A DNA stretch of 64,000 nucleotides from Candidatus Bathyarchaeota archaeon (GCA_963768425.1 CAVYHV010000014.1:288001-352000), one strand, 5' to 3'; positions 1 through 9,845 are shown, counted from the first letter of the stretch. Translations and numbers: made by a program. The notes: generated by a model from the letters alone, not told the origin.

Positions 1-120
1 AAATCCAAACATTTGATATGGTCCTCGCTGGAACAAAAAATGGACGATGAAGTGGTAATAATCGAGGTTAAACGAAGACTTATGCTGAATACTTGAGTGC
101 TCCTTTTCAAAGACTCAGTT

Positions 121-264
121 TTAGAGCTTACTATAACACGGAAATGTACGTGCCAAGATGTGCTTCATGTTCTTGCTCAAGTAATGTTTCGATACCTCAG
201 GAAAACTGTTATAAAACTCCCCAAGTTCTTCTTCTGAAAATACTATATTCTTTTTCTTAGACAT
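121..264 (-). CDS. small hypothetical protein (47 aa, MSKKKNIVFSEEELGEFY...), possibly a truncated or frameshifted gene
   Basis: Own translation; ATG at 264 preceded by SD-like GAGGT; below ORF-track cutoff. Confidence 0.3.
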   Translation of the reverse strand: MSKKKNIVFSEEELGEFYNSFPEVSKHYLSKNMKHILARTFPCYSKL

Positions 265-370
265 TTGATTACCTCAAGAAAAGGTATGTAAAAGTTCAAC
301 TTTAGAGTTGGTTTGTACCAAGTCTGTTAGACCTAAAAAAGAGGCTTTTTAAAATTAGCCGAGAAAAAAA

Positions 371-420
371 GGGAATGCAAGTGAAGTCTCCACTGGAAGG
401 AGCGTTCAATTTGATTCTCC
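371..420 (+). repeat. dispersed repeat R1 (core 381-409 GTGAAGTCTCCACTGGAAGGAGCGTTCAA)
   Basis: Ungapped match to cores at 3047, 7475, 8201; flanks GGGAAT/ATTCTC are complementary. Confidence 0.85.
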
Positions 421-566
421 ACCCAAAACACCCGGGGATTGGATTTCAACCCTTAGCAGGAAGTTCTATTGCGAATTTTGTTCCCTTTCCTTGAACTTTC
501 AAGGCTTGCTTTCCTGATGATTCTGACGCAGATGGTCTTCTATTATTCGATGACCCGCGCGCGCTA

Positions 567-1421
567 TCAGTAAGATGGCGTTAAAATCAGCGTATCTTTA
601 ATATTCAGAATCTGCTTTATTTTCACTATCTCTTCGTCATTAAGACCTAAGTTTTTTACTGACGTTAACTCTCCGAAAATTTTTGAGTGAGAAAATCTCT
701 CAATTTTAAACCCTTCTTCCTCAAAAAATCTTTTTATTTCAGCCTCATCGGCGAAAACATTGTTTCCGCATAAAATATTGTACTGATCCTGTTTCATACG
801 ATTTTTAGCAAAATTATCTGCTGATTGACTCATTTTTTTTAGTGTGTCCTTGCTATAAACCTCGTTAGTAATCCAACAGCCAGAATATTCGCTGAATATT
901 TTATGGATGTTTTTAGCTAAGGTATGTTTTTCTTCCATTGAAAAATACGGTAAAAGTCCTTCGGTGATAACGGCAAGAGATTTGTCTTTTTTGAAAAAAG
1001 CAACAGCCTTCGATAAACTCTCCATGTCAAGAGCATTTGCTGCTTGAAAGTGGAGATTCGGATGTGATTCATTTGACTGAGCAAGAATTGACTGAGCAAT
1101 TTCCTTTTCTTCTTCCAGAATTTGAGGCAAATCAGTTGCTACATATACGACATCGGAATTTCTTGTCATCGATAAACCACGAGGAGACAGTCCAGCGGCA
1201 ATCTCTAAAACTTGAGTTATGCCATGTTCTTTGATGATTTTGTCAGTGACTTTATACCGTGCTTCCCAGATAGGAGATCCCCGAATATCCCCAGTCTGTT
1301 CTTCGAAGGATTGTTTAGCGTTACTTTTAATTGCAATCTCTTTTGCAAAGGGAATGTCAGTAAACGTTCTTGAATAAGCTACAAGTTTAGCAGTTGGGCT
1401 AATTTTCTCAAATTCTTTCAT
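567..1421 (-). CDS. class I SAM-dependent methyltransferase (LCM/O-methyltransferase-like)
   Basis: QVLEIAAGLSPRG motif I, TDLP, ITEGLLPY. Confidence 0.8.
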   Translation of the reverse strand: MKEFEKISPTAKLVAYSRTFTDIPFAKEIAIKSNAKQSFEEQTGDIRGSPIWEARYKVTDKIIKEHGITQVLEIAAGLSPRGLSMTRNSDVVYVATDLPQILEEEKEIAQSILAQSNESHPNLHFQAANALDMESLSKAVAFFKKDKSLAVITEGLLPYFSMEEKHTLAKNIHKIFSEYSGCWITNEVYSKDTLKKMSQSADNFAKNRMKQDQYNILCGNNVFADEAEIKRFFEEEGFKIERFSHSKIFGELTSVKNLGLNDEEIVKIKQILNIKDTLILTPSY

Positions 1422-1536
1422 TTTATATCTTCCGAACTTTTTGTCTTTAACTAAATGGCGGCATGTCTTATTAATTTTATAGCGAGCTTATTCGCTGTTG
1501 CGATAATTATTTATTTAACAGAATGATGTAAAACGT

Positions 1537-2265
1537 ATGCGCAGGTTAGTTATAGAGTGGTCAATTAACGAAGCAATTAAAAGAATTAAGGATAGAGAAA
1601 TCGAGAAACTCAAAGAGTACGGAGAGCAGGTCGATTCAGGACTAGTCAAAAAAGCTGAATCGACTGAATTGAACAGGCTTGAGACAATTAAAAAAATCAA
1701 ATCATTTGAGGTGCTTCACATTTTAAGATTTAATTCCTCTGAAACGGCTGCAATATTCAGATTAGAGTCCAAAGATAACTCTTTGGAAGTTGAAGAACTC
1801 TTAAAAGTACTCCTTCAAAATCTCAACGTCGAATATCAGCTTTTAGAACAGGATAGAGACGCTTGCATCTATCTTATCAAGGGAAAAACGGTTCAGTCAA
1901 ACTCAGGAACACTTATCAGAAGAGGGATGTACCCTATGTTGCCTTTTGCGGTTAGGGATGGAAAAGTCAGAGTTACTCTTGTTGGAGATAATGACCAGGT
2001 TAAAGAGTTCCTTGAAAATAGGCGGGTTAACTACAAGGTGCTATCGCTTACGGATGCCAAATTTTCACCCAATTCACCGATCAGTCGCTTGACTGAAAAG
2101 CAGCAGGAAGCGATCTCTTTGGCTTTTAGGTTTGGCTACTTTGATACACCCAGAAAAGTAAGCGCAGATGAGTTGGCAGCAAAGCTTGGTCTTTCGAGTT
2201 CTACGTTAGCGGTTCATTTGAGAAGAGCGGAACGGCGACTACTCGCTGAAATGTTAAACGAGTAA
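1537..2265 (+). CDS. HTH_10 (Bat-type) transcriptional regulator
   Basis: C-terminal LTEKQQEAISLAFRFGYFDTPRKVSADELAAKLGLSSSTLAVHLRRAERRLL. Confidence 0.88.
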   Translation: MRRLVIEWSINEAIKRIKDREIEKLKEYGEQVDSGLVKKAESTELNRLETIKKIKSFEVLHILRFNSSETAAIFRLESKDNSLEVEELLKVLLQNLNVEYQLLEQDRDACIYLIKGKTVQSNSGTLIRRGMYPMLPFAVRDGKVRVTLVGDNDQVKEFLENRRVNYKVLSLTDAKFSPNSPISRLTEKQQEAISLAFRFGYFDTPRKVSADELAAKLGLSSSTLAVHLRRAERRLLAEMLNE

Positions 2266-2375
2266 GAACAGCCGTCACTACGTTTGATAGCTATAAGTAA
2301 AGAATAGGAGCAGTTACCTGCCAATTATGATTTTCTTAAGGAGATTTGAGAAGTAGGAGAATACTGATTGACAAA

Positions 2376-2834
2376 TTATATGGATTGCATCAACATCAAA
2401 GCAAACTCTTCAGCATGTTTGAGGTCGTCTGAGTTTGGTCTATCTTTCTTAGTGCCACCCACCAGTTTTAATGGACCCCACGTGTTGAATCCAGCACAAT
2501 TAAATTCGTCAGCAATTGTATAGCCTTTTGATTGGAGTTTTTCCCTAAGAAGTGAGTGGAATTTGGGTGCGTTTTCGGTATTTGCAGATGTGGAGAAGAT
2601 GAATGCTTTCTTGTTGATTTGCTGTGGGAGCTTTTCTGCTAGGTCTAACAAGTCTTTGTGATGTTTCCAAAAGTAAATCCCTGAACCAAAGCCGACAAGG
2701 TCATACTGATTAAGTTCTTCTAAGTTAATTTGTTGCGGAGTCTTTATTTCTGCATTAATCACTTTCGCTATAACTTCAGCTATTTTCTGGGTGTTGTTGT
2801 GATGATATGAAACCAAGATTATCAAAGACCTCAT
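2376..2834 (-). CDS. flavodoxin family protein
   Basis: SYHHNNTQKIA FMN loop, YDLVGFGSGIY, FIFSTS. Confidence 0.88.
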   Translation of the reverse strand: MRSLIILVSYHHNNTQKIAEVIAKVINAEIKTPQQINLEELNQYDLVGFGSGIYFWKHHKDLLDLAEKLPQQINKKAFIFSTSANTENAPKFHSLLREKLQSKGYTIADEFNCAGFNTWGPLKLVGGTKKDRPNSDDLKHAEEFALMLMQSI

Positions 2835-3035
2835 GAAGTACTCAACCTGCCAACTTCACTGTTGGCGTTACCATTAACTTCTTTTTTTAACTAATAATGT
2901 ATTGCGTTGACTTTATCAGTAGAAAGGAGAAGCCAAAACAAACAGAATTATTGCGACATAAGCGATTAAAGAGCTATTAAAATAGTATATTCAAAGGGTT
3001 AGGAACTTCGCTATTTAATCAACCACCCAGGAAAA

Positions 3036-3092
3036 TGGGAATGCGGGTGATGTCTCCACTGGATGGAGCGTTCAAGTCCCACCCCTGCACCA
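3036..3092 (+). repeat. dispersed repeat R2 (core 3047-3075) joined to tRNA-like 3' end GTTCAAGTCCCACCCCTGCACCA
   Basis: Core GTGATGTCTCCACTGGATGGAGCGTTCAA; 3070-3092 resembles T-loop, acceptor 3' strand and ACCA. Confidence 0.8.
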
Positions 3093-3365
3093 CTATGTTG
3101 AAAACCACTGGAAGTTTGTCCCGGCAATGAATTTTGTTTGTTTTGGATTTTTCATTTATTTTCTCTTCCTAAATAGTTTATGAACGTCGAAATCGCAGAC
3201 AAAATCAAATCCTGCATCTATTGGAAGGCTTCTTCAGCTTTGGTCTTTAGTTACTTTTGAAACAAAGTCTGTCTGGTCGACAAATAGGGATTCTTTGAGT
3301 TGCATGTAAAGGACCTATTTTTGATGTTTTGTGATCTAACTCCTGCATGACTTAAAGGATATCCC

Positions 3366-4604
3366 TCAAAAAATTTGAGGAGCTGAGTTAATCGTGAAAG
3401 ACACTTTTGACAAATACACCATAAAGCAAAGGCTAAGAGTGAAAGGTCGCTTTTGGGTATTTTTATTCTTGGTTTTCGAGGGCTCTTTGAAGGCCTGCAA
3501 TTTGTTGCCTAGCAGGGTTATGGCAAGCAAGATTGCTCCGATAGCGGTTAATGCTACGCCTGCAATGTAGGCAAAGTTGTTACTATATGTCCAGCTGTAA
3601 GTGACTATGTAGCTGACGTTTTTGCTATATGAGTCGATGTTTGAGAGAATTAAGTACACGGTGGTTGGGGGGCCACTGTTAACAAAGTCTACGCCAGTTT
3701 GTCCAGATGAAGCGTTAATCTTAGGTATGCTCCAGCTTCGAATATCCGTAATAGTGCCATTGCCCCATTGCATGAAGGTTGAGTTTTCTCCGTTCCCGAA
3801 TGCTTGTATGGTGCCTTTGTCAGAGCTAATTTGGATGCGGTAGATGCCAGCCGAGCCTTCAACATAGGCTATGGAATTGTAATTTTTAGCTGGCACGTTA
3901 ACTGAGCCATGGGAAAGCGTAACTTGCGCATTAACAGGGCTTGAATAAGTATTTGCCAAGTAAACGCCAAAGACAAGCATTATCACGCAAACAACCAGCA
4001 CAATCGCCTTTTTGCGCGTCATCTTAAAGTTTTTCAAGGAAGCCCTATGTTTCACCGCGAAAAAAGCTGCAACTGCCAGAATTACAACTAAACTTGCCGC
4101 GGTAATCATCGTTGCCAAGTTTAAACCCGATTGATCCATCACCAACGTTTCCTCGTAAACTGCTACGTTAACTTGCTGGCTAATGTTTCTCGAGTTCCAA
4201 AACACTATATTTGCAATTTGAGTGTTTGAACTGCTGCTTACGTCATAAGGGTATGCTTGGCATGGAACAGGCAAGTTATAAAAATCGCCGTTTCCTGAAG
4301 CTCCATCCCAGGACACCGCAAATTGACCTTTCAGCCATTTTTGCAAGTTCGCGTCCGTGAGAGCACTGGAAAATACCGTGTTTGATGCATCGTTAGCGTA
4401 TACCACAATGTAGTAGGAGCCTGATTCGTTGAGAGAGAAGCTTTTGTAAGTTGTTGAGTTTTCAGGCAAAGAAAATGTTTCAGAAGATATGCATGTTAAC
4501 CGATGCTGCGGAACCGAATATGTGTTCTCCATGGATAATCCTACAAAAAGCGCCGCTACAGCAATAACCGCAACTAAGACGCCTAATACTCTACCGTGAC
4601 GCAT
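3366..4604 (-). CDS. membrane-anchored hypothetical protein with two similar extracellular beta-rich domains
   Basis: TM-domain-TM-TM-domain-TM pattern; many N-x-S/T sequons; C-terminus may be frameshift read-through. Confidence 0.7.
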   Translation of the reverse strand: MRHGRVLGVLVAVIAVAALFVGLSMENTYSVPQHRLTCISSETFSLPENSTTYKSFSLNESGSYYIVVYANDASNTVFSSALTDANLQKWLKGQFAVSWDGASGNGDFYNLPVPCQAYPYDVSSSSNTQIANIVFWNSRNISQQVNVAVYEETLVMDQSGLNLATMITAASLVVILAVAAFFAVKHRASLKNFKMTRKKAIVLVVCVIMLVFGVYLANTYSSPVNAQVTLSHGSVNVPAKNYNSIAYVEGSAGIYRIQISSDKGTIQAFGNGENSTFMQWGNGTITDIRSWSIPKINASSGQTGVDFVNSGPPTTVYLILSNIDSYSKNVSYIVTYSWTYSNNFAYIAGVALTAIGAILLAITLLGNKLQAFKEPSKTKNKNTQKRPFTLSLCFMVYLSKVSFTINSAPQIF

Positions 4605-4702
4605 TTACGTTCTAAATGAGCACTTGACAAATTAAGGTAAAACCCTTTGTGCGTCCAAAAAGTTAAGTCAACACCTTAAAACCTTCTCCAACGAGATTTT
4701 TA

Positions 4703-5365
4703 TTGAAAAGGCAAAACGATATGAGCCAAGCCGAAAATGTCGCAGAAGGTTTTGTAGCAGTAGCAAGCGCAATATGGCTGCTCTTATGCGCCTGGGTTTC
4801 ATCAACAATCAATCTGTGGCTGGGATTAGGCGCCTTTCTTTTTTTAGCTATCCCTTTCGCAGGACGCGTCATACTGCTTCTAAAAAACCTCAAAGTAAAA
4901 ACAACTATCCAAACTCGCGTTAAACAAGCCAAAAACGGTCTGATGAGTTTGCAAGGGTTTGCCTTTGCATGTTGGTTTTTCGATGTTATCTCAACAGTTT
5001 TTGTTTTGAACATTCAGCGGTCAGGAGATGAGCTAAACATTTTAGGCTGGCCCTACAGCGCGTTAGGAGCCTTGGCATTTTATGTTCCTGTTACTGTTGC
5101 AGCTTACTACCTGCTGTTCAAGGTTAAATCAAAAGAGTCATTTTACGCAACAGCGGCACTAACCGCCGTATCCATATTCATCGGCTTGATGAACCTGAAC
5201 GCTGGCCTGTCAAATCTTACGCAGCTCTACACTTTCAATCTATCAATGGAAGATTTCGCCATTTTTGGAATTTGGCTTGCCATCATGGCTTCATTAAGCG
5301 CTTTTAACGTTTTAGCAATAACTAAAAGAGCAAAGCCCTTTGCAAAAGCAGAAGTTAACTGGTAG
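4703..5365 (+). CDS. multi-pass membrane hypothetical protein
   Basis: 220-aa ORF with about 6 hydrophobic segments. Confidence 0.65.
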   Translation: MKRQNDMSQAENVAEGFVAVASAIWLLLCAWVSSTINLWLGLGAFLFLAIPFAGRVILLLKNLKVKTTIQTRVKQAKNGLMSLQGFAFACWFFDVISTVFVLNIQRSGDELNILGWPYSALGALAFYVPVTVAAYYLLFKVKSKESFYATAALTAVSIFIGLMNLNAGLSNLTQLYTFNLSMEDFAIFGIWLAIMASLSAFNVLAITKRAKPFAKAEVNW

Positions 5366-5439
5366 GTCGGCTAGTTCGCAAACAATAGCCCATATGCCGC
5401 ATACTATGTGGATTAAGTATAACATTTTTAAGTTGCATT

Positions 5440-5976
5440 TTGGGAAATGGAGAAAAGTCTATGAGCTTCAATCGCAAATTAAAAACAAGAGATGATCCGT
5501 GTTTGATATGGAAAATTCTTGTGGGCGTAGATGGTTCTGAATCTTCGGAAAAGGCTTTGGATTACGCTCTTGAAATTGCTGATAAGTTTTCCGCCTCGAT
5601 TCTGATACTTAACGTTTTTCAGTCGCCTCCGGAAATTGGAAATCAACTTAGCATGATACAGCAGTCTTCATCGCCTGGATATTCCCAAGAGTCAATAGAT
5701 TACCAGCCAATTATCAGGGAATTCAGAAAGGTGCATGAGGCAGTTTTGTCCAGAGCCACTGAAAAAGCAAAAAAATCAAAGCCCATGCTTAAAATCACCG
5801 CCGAACTCAAGGAAGGAGACCCATCATCACAGATAGTTGAGACTGCTGCAAACGGCGAGTTTGACTTAATAGTTATTGGTCACAGGGGGGACAGTCAGAT
5901 CAGAGAACTCTTCCTAGGCAGCACAAGCGAAAGAGTCGCCCACCGAGCAACATGCGCCGTACTAATTGCCAAATGA
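5440..5976 (+). CDS. universal stress protein (UspA family)
   Basis: KILVGVDGSESSEKAL; DLIVIGHRG...FLGSTSERVAHRATCAVLI. Confidence 0.92.
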   Translation: MGNGEKSMSFNRKLKTRDDPCLIWKILVGVDGSESSEKALDYALEIADKFSASILILNVFQSPPEIGNQLSMIQQSSSPGYSQESIDYQPIIREFRKVHEAVLSRATEKAKKSKPMLKITAELKEGDPSSQIVETAANGEFDLIVIGHRGDSQIRELFLGSTSERVAHRATCAVLIAK

Positions 5977-6140
5977 AGCTATCAACTCGCCAAATCACGC
6001 GCCGCTCATTATTTTTATTGGACGTCTGAATAAATTTAAACAAAATCAGAATTATTCCCTTTTCAAGCCATTATCATAGCGAATAGCTTGGAAAGACTTT
6101 ACAAAAAGCTAATAATAAGTTTGTAGGGTAATCAGAACTC

Positions 6141-7028
6141 ATGAATGTTCAGATTAGAAATTTCGTAGAATCCGATTTACCATTTCTCTTGGAACTGCTG
6201 AAAGACCCAGATTCCGAACAGAGACTTCTCTACACGCATTATGGAAACGGCAATTTTTCCTCTTGGCTCAGAGAACGTAGGATTAAGGTTTTGATAGCTG
6301 AAAACAACTGCGGAATAATTGGTTCCGTTGCTTATAATGATGGGTTTTGGGGAGAAGAAATTGAGTGGCTTGTTACCTGCGGAAACCCGGATCGAAAACT
6401 TGTGGGGGATATGTTGATTAGAGGAGCTGAAAAGTATGTAAAAAAAGATACGGTTTTTACTTCGGTCATCGCTGGAAGCTCCAGAGTTGAAGAATGGGTT
6501 CAACGAGGCTATTGCCCAAATGGAGGACTGTATTATATGATTACAAAACTTTCAGGCTTGAAATCCACCCCTAAAATCCCCGAAGGCGCCCTGTTACGAA
6601 GCCTAAAGCCAAAAGAAGAAAACAAATTCGTTCAACTTGTAAACGCTGGATTTGGGTGGGAAAGGGTCAAGTTGGGTGATATTGAAAAGTGGAAAACTGA
6701 AAGTCCGCCTTTCGATGAAGAATGGATTTATGTTGCTGAGAGTGACGGAAAACTTGTTTCTGTTGTTGTCGCAAAACCTGACACAGGCTATAATCGGTTT
6801 TTCAATGCAAACAGAGGATATTTGGGCCCAGCAGCAACACTTCCTGAGTATCGGGGCAAGAATCTTGCATCTGCACTTACGGTGCATGCAATGAATTCTC
6901 TGTTTAAACGAGGAATAGATTCTGTGTGTTTATTCACTAATGAAACAAATGCTTCGTCAATAAAATTATTGCAAAAGATTGGTTTTCAAATTGGTTTTCA
7001 TTGGAAGTTTATGCTGAAGCATTTCTGA
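6141..7028 (+). CDS. tandem GNAT N-acetyltransferase
   Basis: PEYRGKNLASAL acetyl-CoA motif, N..SIKLLQKIGF; two GNAT-sized halves. Confidence 0.85.
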   Translation: MNVQIRNFVESDLPFLLELLKDPDSEQRLLYTHYGNGNFSSWLRERRIKVLIAENNCGIIGSVAYNDGFWGEEIEWLVTCGNPDRKLVGDMLIRGAEKYVKKDTVFTSVIAGSSRVEEWVQRGYCPNGGLYYMITKLSGLKSTPKIPEGALLRSLKPKEENKFVQLVNAGFGWERVKLGDIEKWKTESPPFDEEWIYVAESDGKLVSVVVAKPDTGYNRFFNANRGYLGPAATLPEYRGKNLASALTVHAMNSLFKRGIDSVCLFTNETNASSIKLLQKIGFQIGFHWKFMLKHF

Positions 7029-7124
7029 CAACCTTGTGCTTGCTACATGGTAAGAGCTTCGGGCAGCTCCGAATCCTTTTATGTAAAAGCATTCTAACGT
7101 AGACAGATCTAAAGGGGAGTTTAC

Positions 7125-7457
7125 TTGGAATCAATGTATGTACGTGTTGCTGATAAGTCAGAGATAGAAATGGGCAAGATGAAAAAGGTCGCATTAGATG
7201 ACAAAGAGATTCTTATTGCCAATGTAAATGGGAAATATTATGCTGTCGATAACACGTGCACACACTTCGGAGGCAACCTTTCAGAAGGCGTCTTAGAAGG
7301 CAACGTTGTAACGTGCCCGAATCATCGAGCTAAATTTGATGTAACTACGGGAAAAGTGGTTTCCGCCCCTGCTGAAACCCTCGGACGCCCAGACATAGAG
7401 GATTTGCAGACGCATTCGGCGAAGGTTGAAGACCAATACATAATGGTCAAAGTTTAG
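7125..7457 (+). CDS. soluble Rieske [2Fe-2S] ferredoxin
   Basis: CTH...CPNH ligands; AVDNTCTHFGGNLSEG. Confidence 0.92.
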   Translation: MESMYVRVADKSEIEMGKMKKVALDDKEILIANVNGKYYAVDNTCTHFGGNLSEGVLEGNVVTCPNHRAKFDVTTGKVVSAPAETLGRPDIEDLQTHSAKVEDQYIMVKV

Positions 7458-7465
7458 CAAAAGAA

Positions 7466-7513
7466 GAATTACAGGTGATGTTTCCACTGGAGGGAGCGTT
7501 CAATGCATTCCCC
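7466..7513 (+). repeat. dispersed repeat R3 (core 7475-7503)
   Basis: GTGATGTTTCCACTGGAGGGAGCGTTCAA; 3' flank GCATTCCC is the reverse complement of the R1/R2 5' flank GGGAATGC. Confidence 0.85.
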
Positions 7514-7576
7514 TACTGGATTTGCCAGAGGATTACTTAGTTATTCTTAAAACATAGAAAATGGAGATTTGTCAAG

Positions 7577-7747
7577 TCATTTAGCTTTTAGAAGTTCATC
7601 CATTAAGGTAAGTAAGAAGTATCCTTGTTGTTTATCTAACTTTGTGCATGATAGGCTATGAAGTAATTGATAGACTTCGACACCATATTTCTCTTTGAGT
7701 TGTTTCCCATTATGTTCTATAATCTCAGTGCTTGTATTTTTACTCAT
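7577..7747 (-). CDS. small hypothetical protein (56 aa, MSKNTSTEIIEHNGKQLKEKYGVEVYQLLHSL...)
   Basis: Own translation; ATG with upstream GAGGG; amphipathic composition. Confidence 0.45.
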   Translation of the reverse strand: MSKNTSTEIIEHNGKQLKEKYGVEVYQLLHSLSCTKLDKQQGYFLLTLMDELLKAK

Positions 7748-8187
7748 TAAAGACCCTCACTTCTTCCATTCTTCGATTCAGATTTAAGACTTTTCTTTAT
7801 GAAAGCTTTCCCCCACACATAAGACATTCAAGTGGGAACTTATAGCGCGTTTGTAAAAAAACATTTGAGAGCTCCGTTGGATTGAGGCTTCAAAAAACCT
7901 GCGTAACATGCATCCGTATATGGGTTATGTGATTTAGCACATTGACTAAGCTCCGCCTTTGCCAGACCCTAAGGCGTATATTCTTCAATTCAGGATTCAA
8001 GATTTTGCTAACCGCTATGGACTTTGTTGATACAGAATTTCGGCTAAGATTTCTTTGCGTCTCTCTTTGCGGTTCTTCTTTTGGTTCTTCATGCCTAATA
8101 GAGGAATAATTTAGCATTAAAATAAAAACTTTATTCATTCTGGCTAATGAACAACGCTGAGAACCAAGCTTTAACCATGATAAAGAA

Positions 8188-8237
8188 AGGTGTTTTGTTG
8201 ATGATGTCTCCAATGGAGCGAACGTTCAAAGCAACCT
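8188..8237 (+). repeat. dispersed repeat R4 (core 8201-8229)
   Basis: ATGATGTCTCCAATGGAGCGAACGTTCAA; different but complementary flanks AGGTGTTTTG/CAAAGCAACCT. Confidence 0.75.
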
Positions 8238-8338
8238 CTATTCTAAAAGGACCGGGAGTTTGGCTGGCACCCTTCATGAGCTACATCATTGCTTTGTCTT
8301 TTACATTTGGCTGCTTCTTTCCTTTTTTAAAAATTTAA

Positions 8339-9840
8339 TCATGTTTCCATTCCGACACACTTGTTACTTATACATTGTATAATGGGGGAAATCGCCTCTT
8401 TGTTTGTCCAATCAGTTTCTTCATGCAATAGTATCAATTGTTCTTGAGATTTCTTGTCAATTCTAAACCAAGAATTAAATCTAAGTTTACTCATTGGACC
8501 TAAGTTCATAAGCCACTTGTCGTTGCAGTCGAGCTTGTTGTAATCATATGCGCCGGGCAGAGGAAAGCAGATGATATTTTTCCTCAAGTTCGCCGGCAGG
8601 CTTGTCTCTATAACTTGGTACTGTTCCAGCGTTACCAAAGATGCTCCAGTCGAAACGAACATAACCACTTTTTTCGTGCTTAAAACACCCCAGTTATTTT
8701 TTAGGAAGTCGATCCCTTTGATTTTCCCAATGTGAACGGACGATCCGTAGATCACTGTAGAATAACGTTTCAATGAGGCAGTATCAAATTCAGAAATGTC
8801 CAGAGCCTTTGTCTTAAGTTCTTCTGCTATCCATTCAGCGTAACGCTTGGTTGCTCCATACTTCGACTTGTAAATGACGACTACATTATCTGATCCGGGT
8901 TTTTTGGCTTTGTCGCATTCTTCTTTTCTATCCAGACTTTCGTTCTTGTGACTCTGGCTTTGGCTGTGGAGTTTATCCTTTATTAAATAGAAGAGACCGC
9001 CGTAAGCTAATAGTCCCAAAACGGGAAAAACAATTATTCCTGCTGAGCCAGATCCTGTCGTTACTGCTGGATCCTTATTGATTACTTCTATGATTGCACT
9101 TGCGTTAACAGCAGTGCCCAACGTGATAAAGAATCCATAGAAAAGCAGCACTAATGGGTAAGCCTTTTTCGGTTTAGACAATAGAAGCAAGAGAGCTAAG
9201 AAACCCATCGGAATCGTGATTCCAAGATCCAGAAACTTTACCATCCACCATGAAGTAGGTGTTGCAAGATAGTCGCCTGCTGAAGTGTTGCCGGTTGAAA
9301 TGACCTGAGCAAGCTGCGAAACCCACATGAAACCGAACATTAACAGAAAAATCGCCATCGTAGCAACGTAGATTCGTAGTCCTTTCACTTTGAAATTGGG
9401 GGCGTCTTTACTTGTGAATCGTGTGAAGCTTCCAACTAGTAAAATTAAACCGCCTATTGTCAATGTTAAGAACAAGCCGCAAAATGCCTCGGAGTTGCCC
9501 GTATAAGCCGGGTTTCCCCATTCTTGTCCTATGCCGTATTCTAATCCAGAGTACATCAGCATAACTGGCGTCAGTACCAAAAAGTACTTGGAGCTGTCCT
9601 TTTTTAGGAGGACCAAAATTCCACCAACGATTAAAACTGGCGCCAAAACAATCAGATTAGTTATGTCAAAGGCTTGTGTTTGCCAATTCCCAGAAAGCGA
9701 CGTTCTATAGTGAATAATGTTAAACACCGCTGGTCCTGAAGCGCTATCAATATGAGATCAGCTGCACAAGCAAGAGCGCTAATGCCAACTACAATAGGCG
9801 GAATTAACTGTTCATTATCCGATTCAGTTACGTCTGCCAT
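8339..9840 (-). CDS. multi-pass membrane protein fused to C-terminal HemG-like flavodoxin domain (frameshift near 9740)
   Basis: About 8 TM segments then VVIYKSKYGATKRYAEWIAEEL...VIYGSSVHIGKI; N-terminus in ORF 9661-9849 (ATG 9840). Confidence 0.75.
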
Positions 9841-9845
9841 TAAAC

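Noticed and set aside
3043-3092. Intact tRNA gene with a T-arm intron
   Set aside because: No 5' half, and I could not draw a canonical bulge-helix-bulge that restores the TTCAAGT loop; kept only as tRNA-like 3' end.
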